Positions 31,245 to 40,431 of a stretch of 64,000 nucleotides of DNA are shown here, piece by piece. Under the pieces are notes generated by a model, which saw nothing but the letters and a program-made list of their open reading frames with translations, was not told the DNA's origin and made no database searches. The translations under genes were made by a program, and so were the position numbers. Origin of the DNA: a candidate division FCPU426 bacterium (GTDB lineage Bacteria > Oederibacteriota > Muellerivitia > Muellerivitales > Muellerivitaceae); assembly GCA_963796105.1 (NCBI GenBank), contig CAWCKJ010000003.1:224001-288000 (forward strand). Reading direction: 5' to 3'. Each line of letters begins with the position of its first letter. Position 1 is the stretch's first letter.

Positions 31245-32635
31245 GCACTTTATTATTGGTGGATGATAAATCAAGCATGCGGAAGGTCCTGCGCCAAACA
31301 TTGGAATCGGAGCAAGTCATGATCCTTGAGGCCGAGGACGGGGAAAAAGCCGTTGAGATCATTAAAACTAAACACGTGGATCTGGTCATCACGGACATAA
31401 AAATGCCCCGCATGGATGGAATGGCCCTGCTCAAAATGATCAAGGAAACGGACGCGGAAATAGTCGTGATTATCATGACCGCCTACGGAACCATCGAAAC
31501 GGCAGTCGAGGCCATGAAATTGGGGGCCTATGACTACATCACGAAACCTTTTTCGACGGAACAAGTCAAGCTGACAGTCGATAAGGCAATTGAGCGCCAA
31601 AAGTTGCTTTATGAGAACAAATACCTTCGTGAAAAGCTGAATGACCAATACAACTATAAGCGCATCATCGGCAACAGCTCCAATATGCAGCCCGTATATG
31701 AGTTAATCGACAAAGTCGCGCCGACGGACACCGCCGTTCTTATCCGGGGGGATTCCGGCACGGGAAAAGAGCTGGTGGCGCACGCGATTCATTTCAACAG
31801 CAGGAGGAAGGACGGCCCCTTCATCAAAGTGAACTGCGCCGTTTTAGCCGAGGGGGTCTTGGAAAGCGAGCTGTTCGGCCATGAGAAAGGGTCCTTTACC
31901 GGCGCGGCGGGGAAAAGGATCGGCAGGTTTGAGCTGGCCAACGGAGGCTCGATCTTTCTTGATGAAATCGGGGATATCAGCCCCTCCACCCAAGTCAAGC
32001 TCCTCAGGGTCCTGCAGGAAAAAGAATTCGAGCGGGTTGGAGGCGTCGAAAGCCTGAGGACGGATGTACGGGTCATCGCGGCCACCAATAAAAACCTGGA
32101 GGAGGGAATTAAAAAGGGCCAATTCAGGGAAGATCTCTTCTTCCGATTGAATGTGGTCCCGATTTTCGTCCCCCCTCTCAAGGAGCGTAGGGATGATATC
32201 GAACGTTTAAGCTATCATTTTTTAAGCCGTTACAGCCTCGAAGCGAACAAAAAGATCACGAAAATTGAAAAGCGCGCCCTTGAATTGATGTCCAGGTACA
32301 ACTGGCCGGGTAACGTAAGGGAGTTGGAAAACACGATTCAGCGGGCGGTCGTTTTATCGGATTCTGACACCATTTACCCCTCCAGCCTGCCCCTGGATGT
32401 TCAAACCTACCAAAAAGACGATTACATGCACTATTTAAACGATAACGCGAGCCTGACGGAAAAAGTGGAGAATTACGAAAAAGAGCTCATCTTGAAAGCC
32501 ATGGAAAAATCTAATCATGTCCAGACAAAAGCCGCCAAGTTGTTGAACATCAACCGGACCGCTTTGATCTATAAGCTGAAGAAATATGGATTGTTCTCCG
32601 ATGCATCGCTTGAAATCGAGGAAAAACCTGAATGA
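31241..32635 (+). CDS. Sigma54-dependent response regulator (NtrC/AtoC family)
   Basis: Receiver domain, GDSGTGKE, ESELFGHEKGSFTGA, WPGNVREL, Fis-type HTH. Confidence 0.97.
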   Translation: MSTLLLVDDKSSMRKVLRQTLESEQVMILEAEDGEKAVEIIKTKHVDLVITDIKMPRMDGMALLKMIKETDAEIVVIIMTAYGTIETAVEAMKLGAYDYITKPFSTEQVKLTVDKAIERQKLLYENKYLREKLNDQYNYKRIIGNSSNMQPVYELIDKVAPTDTAVLIRGDSGTGKELVAHAIHFNSRRKDGPFIKVNCAVLAEGVLESELFGHEKGSFTGAAGKRIGRFELANGGSIFLDEIGDISPSTQVKLLRVLQEKEFERVGGVESLRTDVRVIAATNKNLEEGIKKGQFREDLFFRLNVVPIFVPPLKERRDDIERLSYHFLSRYSLEANKKITKIEKRALELMSRYNWPGNVRELENTIQRAVVLSDSDTIYPSSLPLDVQTYQKDDYMHYLNDNASLTEKVENYEKELILKAMEKSNHVQTKAAKLLNINRTALIYKLKKYGLFSDASLEIEEKPE

Positions 32636-33606
32636 AGCTTATCCCCGTTATATTTCTTTTTTCCTGCTTTTTGGCAATTCCAGAATTGAGTTATTGCGGC
32701 CCCGGGGAAAAAAACCTTCCAGCTGAAACGAGTTTTGAATTTTCCGATTCCCATTGGGTTAAAGTCCTCGCGGAATTCGAGGAATCCGTCAAAGGTTTGA
32801 CCACGGATTTGGAAAACCTGCAAAACCAAAAAAAGGCGCATCAAGAAGCCATCGCAGGCTTGGAAAGCAAAATCAATGATCTCCGGCAAAAGGAAAAAGA
32901 GGGCTCGAATTTGTTCGAGGAAATACGCTTGAAGGGTTTGTTGAATGATTTGAAGCAAAAGCTGGAGGAAAACTCGGAAATAGAGAGGCAATGGGTGGAT
33001 GTCCAGAAATCTTTTGAGCAAAAGGCGTTATCCCTACAGGAGCTTTATAATGAGCGCATCGAATATGAATTGAATAACACCCCGCCTAACGCCTCGCCCG
33101 CCTTATTGGATTCCCGGCTTACCGAATTGGCATCTATCGCCCAAAAACGGAACCAGGTTGATGCTGTCCTGTGGAAATATAAAAAATCCGACGTTGATCA
33201 AAAAATACCCCCTTTGACATTTTTAAAGAAGTTCAACTCCAGGGATAGTGAAAACCTTCAATCGGTCCTTGATCTTCTCATGGATAGGAAAAAAACCATG
33301 GAAGTCAAAATGGAAAAATGGTCCCAGGAAGAGGATGAACTCGTAAACGAATTGAAGTTACAGGGCAAAATGCAGGAATTTCTCGACGACATACAGCGCT
33401 CGAACGAGGATTTAGGCTTGCCTCATGGTAATTTGAAACGAAATGATCTGGAAGGCATGCTTGGCAAAAATAAGCGCGCCACGTTGGAGAGCCGGCTGAA
33501 TGATGTCCGCAAAAGCGAAACACAAGGCCAGGCAATGTTGGAAGAAATCGTGAAACTTATTGACAAAATCAACGGCCAAATTAACCTCTTAAAGAAGGGG
33601 CGTTAA
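32632..33606 (+). CDS. Exported coiled-coil hypothetical protein
   Basis: Signal peptide, helical L/E/K/Q-rich sequence, ATGA overlap with upstream gene. Confidence 0.7.
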   Translation: MKLIPVIFLFSCFLAIPELSYCGPGEKNLPAETSFEFSDSHWVKVLAEFEESVKGLTTDLENLQNQKKAHQEAIAGLESKINDLRQKEKEGSNLFEEIRLKGLLNDLKQKLEENSEIERQWVDVQKSFEQKALSLQELYNERIEYELNNTPPNASPALLDSRLTELASIAQKRNQVDAVLWKYKKSDVDQKIPPLTFLKKFNSRDSENLQSVLDLLMDRKKTMEVKMEKWSQEEDELVNELKLQGKMQEFLDDIQRSNEDLGLPHGNLKRNDLEGMLGKNKRATLESRLNDVRKSETQGQAMLEEIVKLIDKINGQINLLKKGR

Positions 33607-33607
33607 A

Positions 33608-34690
33608 ATGAAAAAGAAAGAATTATTGTTATTCACGCTTTTTCTTTTATCCGCGTTCAGCTTACGGAGCGTCGGCAACGCGGACGAACCCGGATTCAAC
33701 GCGAACGCGACGGTTCTTCCGGCGGTATTCGGCTTGCGCTTGGATGACAATGTCGTGGGACAATTTGATCCAATGTCGCGTGTTTCGGATGAAATATACT
33801 CTTTGAATTTGGGGGGGCAAGTAAAAGCCGATTACTCCTATTTCAAGGGAAAACTCGAGTATCACGTCGGGGGGGATCAATATCAAAACTACCTTTATCT
33901 GGATAACTTAAAAAATGATTTTGTTTTATTGTTGTCGATGAATATCGGCGAATTCACTTTTTACGGGCTCAAGGAATATTTTTTCCGCGATAGCTCCTAT
34001 GATTACTTCAATTACACGGATGATGATTCTACAGGGGGTATCGACTGGACCCCGCCAGGTTCCTGGAATTTAGAAATAAAATATAAGGATTTTACCCGTA
34101 AATACGACAGCCCAATGGATTACATCAGGAACATGAATTTGATCGATGATGCCTTTTTCGGGAGCATCACGAAGGAAATCACCGAGGAATTATCATTGAA
34201 AGCCGGGGGTGGATACAACAACCGGCAATACAACCGCCTCGCGTTGGATTCTAACCTTAACCCGACCCCTGACCTGCAAACCGACTCGACTTGGACCATC
34301 CTTTTGAACGCCAGGATCTATTTTGACCAAATTCTTCATGAAATCACCCTGGAACATGATCAAACTCAATCAAACAGTTTTGGCTATTCCAACGCCGTCG
34401 ATAGCATTTCATGGGCGGCAGTTGTTCGGCCGGTTTCCACCCTCTACCTGGAGTTGTTTTTCCGATTGTATGACAAAACCTATAGTGATAAACCTTTGGC
34501 CTACCTGCCGGATTACAAGATTGTCGTGGATGAGGACAGCCAAGACTTGCTTTCAGTGAAAACAAGCTGGGAGTGGACTACCGGCTGGTCCAGCAGTATA
34601 AGTTTAAGCCGGGAGAGGGCTGAAACCATTTTCGCCAATCAATACTACATTAAAAACGTGGCTGCGATTCAAATCAAAAAATCTTTTTAA
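33608..34690 (+). CDS. Putative outer-membrane beta-barrel protein
   Basis: Signal peptide; Y/D/N/S-rich alternating strands; terminal Phe ('AAIQIKKSF'). Confidence 0.65.
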   Translation: MKKKELLLFTLFLLSAFSLRSVGNADEPGFNANATVLPAVFGLRLDDNVVGQFDPMSRVSDEIYSLNLGGQVKADYSYFKGKLEYHVGGDQYQNYLYLDNLKNDFVLLLSMNIGEFTFYGLKEYFFRDSSYDYFNYTDDDSTGGIDWTPPGSWNLEIKYKDFTRKYDSPMDYIRNMNLIDDAFFGSITKEITEELSLKAGGGYNNRQYNRLALDSNLNPTPDLQTDSTWTILLNARIYFDQILHEITLEHDQTQSNSFGYSNAVDSISWAAVVRPVSTLYLELFFRLYDKTYSDKPLAYLPDYKIVVDEDSQDLLSVKTSWEWTTGWSSSISLSRERAETIFANQYYIKNVAAIQIKKSF

Positions 34691-34734
34691 CTGGAATTTT
34701 TGCGCGGATATTTTTTTCGGGGAAAGCGAATATT

Positions 34735-35619
34735 TTGAAAAAACCGGATGATGACTTAAAAATCGACATTTCGGAAATTTTCGGGGGAGAACTTCCTGAA
34801 TTACCCGCCGAAAAAAAAACAAGCAACGAAACGGTACCCCAGGCTCAAGAGGATGCCGGAGAATTATCCAGGGATACGCAAGCCCAATACCAAGCCTGGT
34901 TTACCGCGCGGGAAAAAGAGCTGGAGAGCAAAACAAAAAACCTTGAGAAAAGAGTTGAGGAACTTCAGCTTCAATTATCCCAGACAACTAAAATGGACGA
35001 AATTCATTCTCCCGCACTCCCGCCGTCCCCTGTGGATTTTAACGCGCCTATTCCTCCTCCTTTTTTTAATACTCTTAATTCATCTCCTATAAAAACCGAA
35101 TCAAAACCATTTGATTCCCCCATATCGCATGTACCGCCTCAAAGCCCGGTCAACCCCTTGAATTTCAATGGATTAGAGTCCGATTTAAAATTCCTTATTT
35201 TTTATGACGAGTTCCGAGTCATCATCGCCCACGAAATAACCGATTTGGTCGGCGAACGTAAAACTGCGACTATGCTGGAGCGAACTTTTGAAATCGCTAG
35301 GGGAAAATACCCATCGATATTCAAAAACGCCAATTGGGATTCCGCGGGAAACCTCCTCAACGACGGGTCCTTGAATGGCCAGAAGATTATTGAGAATAAA
35401 TCATCATTGCGCTCGGCTCATGCTGAAGTCCTCCTGGATTCCGCCCTCACCAGCCTTTTAAATTTACGCCTCCAGGCTGTGGAAAAGGGCCTCGGAAGCG
35501 GCTTGAGAAATAAAGTGCGCGCTCATTTACTTCACTGGATCGGAGAAAAGTGCGACAGCGAAAAAAAACTAGGCAATGACATTTCGATGTTTAAAAGATT
35601 GTCGGCTTATATTCCTTAG
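34735..35619 (+). CDS. Hypothetical protein (coiled coil, Pro-rich linker, helical C-terminal domain)
   Basis: 294-aa ORF co-oriented with neighbours; no recognised family. Confidence 0.65.
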   Translation: MKKPDDDLKIDISEIFGGELPELPAEKKTSNETVPQAQEDAGELSRDTQAQYQAWFTAREKELESKTKNLEKRVEELQLQLSQTTKMDEIHSPALPPSPVDFNAPIPPPFFNTLNSSPIKTESKPFDSPISHVPPQSPVNPLNFNGLESDLKFLIFYDEFRVIIAHEITDLVGERKTATMLERTFEIARGKYPSIFKNANWDSAGNLLNDGSLNGQKIIENKSSLRSAHAEVLLDSALTSLLNLRLQAVEKGLGSGLRNKVRAHLLHWIGEKCDSEKKLGNDISMFKRLSAYIP

Positions 35620-35636
35620 ATTGATTAACCGTTTTA

Positions 35637-35665
35637 TTGACAACCCTAATTGTGATAGATAAAAT
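35637..35665 (+). promoter_or_regulatory. sigma70 promoter
   Basis: TTGACA, 17-bp spacer, TAAAAT. Confidence 0.65.
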
Positions 35666-35690
35666 TAAATTCATGATTGATGGTTATGCG

Positions 35691-35885
35691 ATGACGATTG
35701 ACAGTTTATTCCTTAAGCGTTGGAACCAGGACGTTCTCCAAGAGATTAACCGCCACAAGTGGTTTGAGAGTGAAAAGGCCGGTTACGACATTGGTATGGA
35801 TTTAGCCGCGTTCGACTGGCTGAATAAATATTATGAGAACTGGTGCAGGAATCAGGACTACTTAAAACCTTTTTTCCAGGGTTGA
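35691..35885 (+). CDS. Small DUF4032-like protein
   Basis: 'EINRHKWFESEKAGYDIG...AAFDW' signature; start may be 35673 or 35691. Confidence 0.7.
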   Translation: MTIDSLFLKRWNQDVLQEINRHKWFESEKAGYDIGMDLAAFDWLNKYYENWCRNQDYLKPFFQG

Positions 35886-35969
35886 TTTTTCTTTAAGCGA
35901 AAACCAAATCCTTAAAACCTCATCTAAAGCGTTTAATAGGTGGGGTTTTTTTGTTACACCGAGGTCAAA

Positions 35970-36668
35970 TTGAAACAATTTATACGTCCAATAAGTTTTA
36001 CCCGTTCTTACACGAAATTCGCGGGCGGTTCGGTTTTAATTTGCATGGGCGATACCCGGGTACTTTGCACCGCGTCAGTATCAGAGGATGTCCCGTCTTT
36101 TTTAAAGGGGAAGGGAAAAGGCTGGATTACGGCGGAATACTCAATGCTTCCCGGGAGCACGAATGTGCGCACCCCGAGGGATTCGGTCAAGGGCAAAATC
36201 AACGGCAGAACCCATGAAATCCAAAGGCTGATAGGCCGGTCTTTGAGATCTGTTTTCAAATCCGAGCTTTTGGGCGAGCGCCAAATCATTGTTGATTGCG
36301 ACGTCCTTCAAGCTGACGGCGGAACGAGAACCGCTTCCATAAACGGCGCTTATGTCGCTTTGTTTGACGCTCTTGAAAAATTACGGCACAAAGGCGTCAT
36401 TACCGTGAACCCGATGAGGGAACCAGTGGCGGCCACTAGCGTCGGGATAGTTTCAGGCAAACCGGTTTTGGACCTTTGTTATGAGCAGGATTCAAATGCG
36501 GATGTCGATTTTAATGTTGTGATGACGGGATCCGGCCGTTTTATCGAGATCCAAGGGACGGCTGAAAAAGAACCTTTCTCCAGAAAACAATTAGATTCTC
36601 TTTTGGCGTTGGCTAAAACGGGGATCGTTCAAGTCATGGCCGCCCAAAAAAAGGTCCTTCGCTCGTGA
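35970..36668 (+). CDS. rph: Ribonuclease PH
   Basis: [46 protein letters not shown]. Confidence 0.97.
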   Translation: MKQFIRPISFTRSYTKFAGGSVLICMGDTRVLCTASVSEDVPSFLKGKGKGWITAEYSMLPGSTNVRTPRDSVKGKINGRTHEIQRLIGRSLRSVFKSELLGERQIIVDCDVLQADGGTRTASINGAYVALFDALEKLRHKGVITVNPMREPVAATSVGIVSGKPVLDLCYEQDSNADVDFNVVMTGSGRFIEIQGTAEKEPFSRKQLDSLLALAKTGIVQVMAAQKKVLRS

Positions 36669-37252
36669 GGAAATTCGTCATCGCAACGCAAAACCGTGAT
36701 AAATTCTTGGAAATAAAGAGTTTTTTTGACGGTTCGAATTTGGAGCTTTTGCCCGCCTTTGATTTTCCCGGTATTCCGGAAGTAAAAGAAGATGGCCAAA
36801 CACTTGAGGAAAATTCCCACAAGAAGGCAAAAACCGTTTCTTTATTTACCGGGCACCCTGCGATGGCTGACGACACCGGCCTTTTTGTGGGGGCCTTGAA
36901 CGGAAGCCCTGGTGTTTATTCCGGACGTTTCGCGGGCGAAGGATGTTCTTACAAGGATAATGTCCGAAAACTTTTGGGTTTGATGAAAGGCATTCCGCCT
37001 TCCCGAAGAAACGCGTATTTTCGCACCGTCATCACGGTATTTTACCCTGACGGGACTTATCACCAAGTCGCCGGGGAGGTTCAGGGATTCATCACGGAGG
37101 AAACAAGGGGATCAGGCGACTTCGGGTATGACCCCGTTTTCCAGCCCTTGGGTTCGGATAAAGTATTTTCGGAAATGTCACTGGAAGAAAAAAACAAGAT
37201 CAGTCACCGGGGAAAAGCCCTTCTCGCCGCGAGAAACTTGCTTTGTACTTGA
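36665..37252 (+). CDS. rdgB: Non-canonical purine NTP pyrophosphatase
   Basis: [33 protein letters not shown]; follows rph. Confidence 0.95.
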   Translation: MRKFVIATQNRDKFLEIKSFFDGSNLELLPAFDFPGIPEVKEDGQTLEENSHKKAKTVSLFTGHPAMADDTGLFVGALNGSPGVYSGRFAGEGCSYKDNVRKLLGLMKGIPPSRRNAYFRTVITVFYPDGTYHQVAGEVQGFITEETRGSGDFGYDPVFQPLGSDKVFSEMSLEEKNKISHRGKALLAARNLLCT

Positions 37253-37324
37253 ACGTGTGATTTTAGCTTTTTTAAGCTTTTGTCTTTCTGGGCAAAAGCT
37301 TAACATGTTGATAATGTTGTTGAT

Positions 37325-37548
37325 CTCAACATTGGCAAATTTTCAGGACTTTGGTTCTTCCCCCCTCTGAAAGAGGGGGATAAAGGGGAAGTTAGACTTG
37401 TTTCAGGTTTTAGCAACTACTAATACCCCCCATCCCAAAGGCGCTCATAGGGAAAACCCCCTATGGTACCCACAAACCGAAAGGCCCCTTTTTCAAAGGG
37501 GGGAATATTTATCTGAAGCATGTCTTTCGGAATTTGCCAAAGGTCGAG
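37325..37548. mobile_element. MITE/REPIN-like element, family A, copy 2 (degenerate ends)
   Basis: CTCAACATTGGCAAAT...ATTTGCCAAAGGTCGAG; shares ACTAATACCCCC..CCCCTTTTTCAAAGGGGGG and a ~45-bp module with copy 1. Confidence 0.7.
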
Positions 37549-37637
37549 TTTGATTTAATATTCAGCGTATTTATGGCATAAGTTGGGCGTAACGTATTTG
37601 GTTTGGGATAAAAGTTCATATAAGTCTGATTTTCGGC

Positions 37638-37712
<75 letters not shown>

Positions 37713-37792
37713 AAAATCAGAAATAACTAAACTAAAAAAATCATTGTCCGAAGTTTTGCTTATGTTTTCCCTTTCTCTTTTGCTTATTAAAT

Positions 37793-37869
<77 letters not shown>

Positions 37870-37880
37870 TCTTTTCTTTA

Positions 37881-38021
37881 GGGAACCTCTAAATATTCAT
37901 TTTAACCCTCGCCCCTTGAGGGAGAGGGTAGGGTGAGGGGTGTTAATTTAAGACAATTTCACTCTCATCCCATCCTTCTCCCCTCCAGGGAGAAGGGGAA
38001 CAGCAATTATTAGAGTTGCCC
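37881..38021. mobile_element. MITE/REPIN-like element, family B, copy 2
   Basis: TA|GGGAACCTCTAAATATTCAT...TTAGAGTTGCCC; near reverse complement of 27154-27292. Confidence 0.75.
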
Positions 38022-38096
38022 TTTAAATAATTTCAAACAAAGTTTGCCAATAAATGAATGTGTGGTTTTAACCTGGTGGTTGTGAAAGGGGAATAA

Positions 38097-38321
<225 letters not shown>

Positions 38322-38331
38322 CGAGGATTAA

Positions 38332-38661
38332 ATGGAAACCATCAATGCTCAAGAAATTATCCAGGAAATGGTCCGGCGGATCGTTGAGAAATTCGATCCG
38401 GTTCAAATAATTCTTTTCGGTTCCTATGCGCGTGGAACTGCCGGGCCGGACAGTGACGTGGACCTGTTGGTGGTCATGCCAATTGACAATTCCCACAAGG
38501 AAAAAAACCTCGAAGTCAGCCTGGAATTGCGTGCAATGGGTTTGGCAAAAGATGTTTTTGTGGTGACCCCGGAAGAAGTCCAAAAGTACCGCGATATCGT
38601 GGGAAGCATTATTAAGACGGCTGTTCACGAAGGGAAAATTATCTATGAGCGTGCCGCCTGA
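38332..38661 (+). CDS. Minimal nucleotidyltransferase (MNT) antitoxin
   Basis: GS-x10-DxD motif 'LFGSYARGTAGPDSDVDLL'; overlaps the HEPN gene. Confidence 0.9.
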   Translation: METINAQEIIQEMVRRIVEKFDPVQIILFGSYARGTAGPDSDVDLLVVMPIDNSHKEKNLEVSLELRAMGLAKDVFVVTPEEVQKYRDIVGSIIKTAVHEGKIIYERAA

Positions 38662-39058
38662 ACAAATATATTTAGTCCGCCAATGGATTGAAAAGGCGGA
38701 AAGCGACTATAGGAATTTCCAGAACACGCTCAAAATGGACAAAGATTGTCCCTTCGATACCGTTTGCTTCCACACCCAACAATGTGCTGAAAAATACCTT
38801 AAAGCCCGCTTGGTTTATCTTTCCATCGATTTTCCCAAGATTCATGACATTTCGGAGATCATCAAACTCTTTCCGCCCGGCCTTGGAATCCCCCTAACCC
38901 CCGCAGATCAAGAAAAGTTAACGAGGTATGCCTGGATGGGACGCTATCCTGGTAATTGGGAACCGATGAACCGTCAAGACGCCGAGGAAACGGCAGCCTT
39001 GGCCACCAAGGTTCGAACTGCTATCCGGGCAAGCTTTCCAAAGGAAATTTTGAATTAA
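38645..39058 (+). CDS. HEPN-domain protein (toxin partner of MNT)
   Basis: 'W..KAE.D', 'CFHTQQCAEKYLKA', 'KIHDI', 'RYP'. Confidence 0.9.
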   Translation: MSVPPEQIYLVRQWIEKAESDYRNFQNTLKMDKDCPFDTVCFHTQQCAEKYLKARLVYLSIDFPKIHDISEIIKLFPPGLGIPLTPADQEKLTRYAWMGRYPGNWEPMNRQDAEETAALATKVRTAIRASFPKEILN

Positions 39059-39082
39059 ACCTTTTTTGAAAGTGGGCGCGAA

Positions 39083-39424
39083 ATGAAGGGAACAATGAAA
39101 CATAAGGAATCCTTGCCGGGGGGAGCGCTTCAAGAACATGCCCAAATTCCGAAAAAGAAACGACCTGATATTTACGCCGCTTTGAAACACCCGGACCCCC
39201 ACATCAATCTCGCGCGGAATATTCTGAACTTGCGACATAAGCACGGTTTCACCCAGATTGAGCTTGCGTAACGGTCAGGAGTTACCAGCCGAACCATCCA
39301 GAACATTGAAAATGTAAATAGCGGGTACAAACCAACCCTTGACGTTATTACGGGGCTTGCCAAGGCGCTCGAGGTAAAGCCGGAAGATTTGATAAAAACC
39401 GTGGACTTGGCTGAAAATTTTTAA
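39083..39424 (+). pseudogene. XRE-family HTH regulator interrupted by an in-frame TAA
   Basis: 'NILNLRHKHGFTQIELA*RSGVTSRTIQNIEN...PTLDVITGLAKALEVKPEDL'; stop at 39269-39271. Confidence 0.85.
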
Positions 39425-39442
39425 TTTGAACAAAAAAGATTT

Positions 39443-39937
39443 ATGTTTTTAAAAGGGAAATTTATGACGGTAATGACTGATTTCGATTGGTTTAAATCTG
39501 GATTTGATTTAGAGATTCAGCTTATGGAGGAATACGTAAAAGGAGTAGAACCTCTAATACAAAAAGAATTAAACGACTTTAAGGGAAAAATTGATGCTGA
39601 AGCGACAAAGATTAGCGATCCGACCTTTAAAGATGATTTTTATGAATTTCATTCTGGAGATTATTCAAATCTTAACGAGGGATTTCCAAATATTCTTAAT
39701 GAGTCCGCTCTGATTTCAATAATGGCGATGTTTGAAAAATATTTAAATTTCTCTTGTGCTTTTTTGGCTCAAAAAAGGCAAACCAAAATGGAATTAAAAG
39801 ATATCCAAGGCAAAGGCGTTTATAGGGCGAAAGTTTATTTGAGCAAAGTAATAGGGCTAAATTTAGAAACCGTAAATTTTTACTGGGACGACTTATCTTT
39901 GATTGGGGAGATTAGAAACGCGTGCGTCCAGATATGA
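39443..39937 (+). CDS. Hypothetical AT-rich protein, possibly a C-terminally truncated HEPN-like protein
   Basis: 'SALISIMAMFEKYL' helix and terminal 'EIRNACVQI*' resembling an R-x4-H motif without the His. Confidence 0.5.
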   Translation: MFLKGKFMTVMTDFDWFKSGFDLEIQLMEEYVKGVEPLIQKELNDFKGKIDAEATKISDPTFKDDFYEFHSGDYSNLNEGFPNILNESALISIMAMFEKYLNFSCAFLAQKRQTKMELKDIQGKGVYRAKVYLSKVIGLNLETVNFYWDDLSLIGEIRNACVQI

Positions 39938-40023
39938 CAGGTGCTTGTCGACTCAATGGATTAGGCATAAAATGAAATTAATTTTGAAGATCAAAAGACA
40001 TTGATTTTAATCCGGGGGCTTAA

Positions 40024-40340
40024 GTGCTAGTTGAAAAGTCAGTTGTGGACAATTTGGTAAATCAAATCGTGGAAGCGGTCCACCCGCTTCGCATAATCCT
40101 TTTCGGATCGGCGGTCAGGGGGGATATGGGCCGGATAGCGATATTGACCTTTTGATTGTCATGCCGGAAGGAACTGACCGGGACAAGGTCAGCAAATTGC
40201 TTTATTGCCAGGTAACCGAACTTAAGGTGGCGTTTGATATGGTGGTTGCCACTCCTGATGTTCTTGAGAAATATAAAAACAATTGCGCCCTGGTTTACAA
40301 ATGGGCACTTAAAGATGGCCGTGAAGTTTATGCCGCCTGA
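40024..40340 (+). pseudogene. Frameshifted MNT nucleotidyltransferase
   Basis: 'IVEAVHPLRIILFGSAVRGDMG' in one frame continues as 'PDSDIDLLIVMP...GREVYAA*' after a 1-bp deletion near 40130. Confidence 0.85.
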
Positions 40341-40431
40341 GTGTAGTAAAAAACCATTTAAGGGTACGAGAGTAGTAAACGGCGAATGTAGGGCTCCGTC
40401 GCTTAGAGGCCTTAAGCCGGGGACCTGGATT

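Noticed and set aside
35637..35690. TTG start at 35637 for the DUF4032-like ORF
   Set aside because: That TTG is part of the -35 box of a near-consensus promoter, so the real start is downstream.
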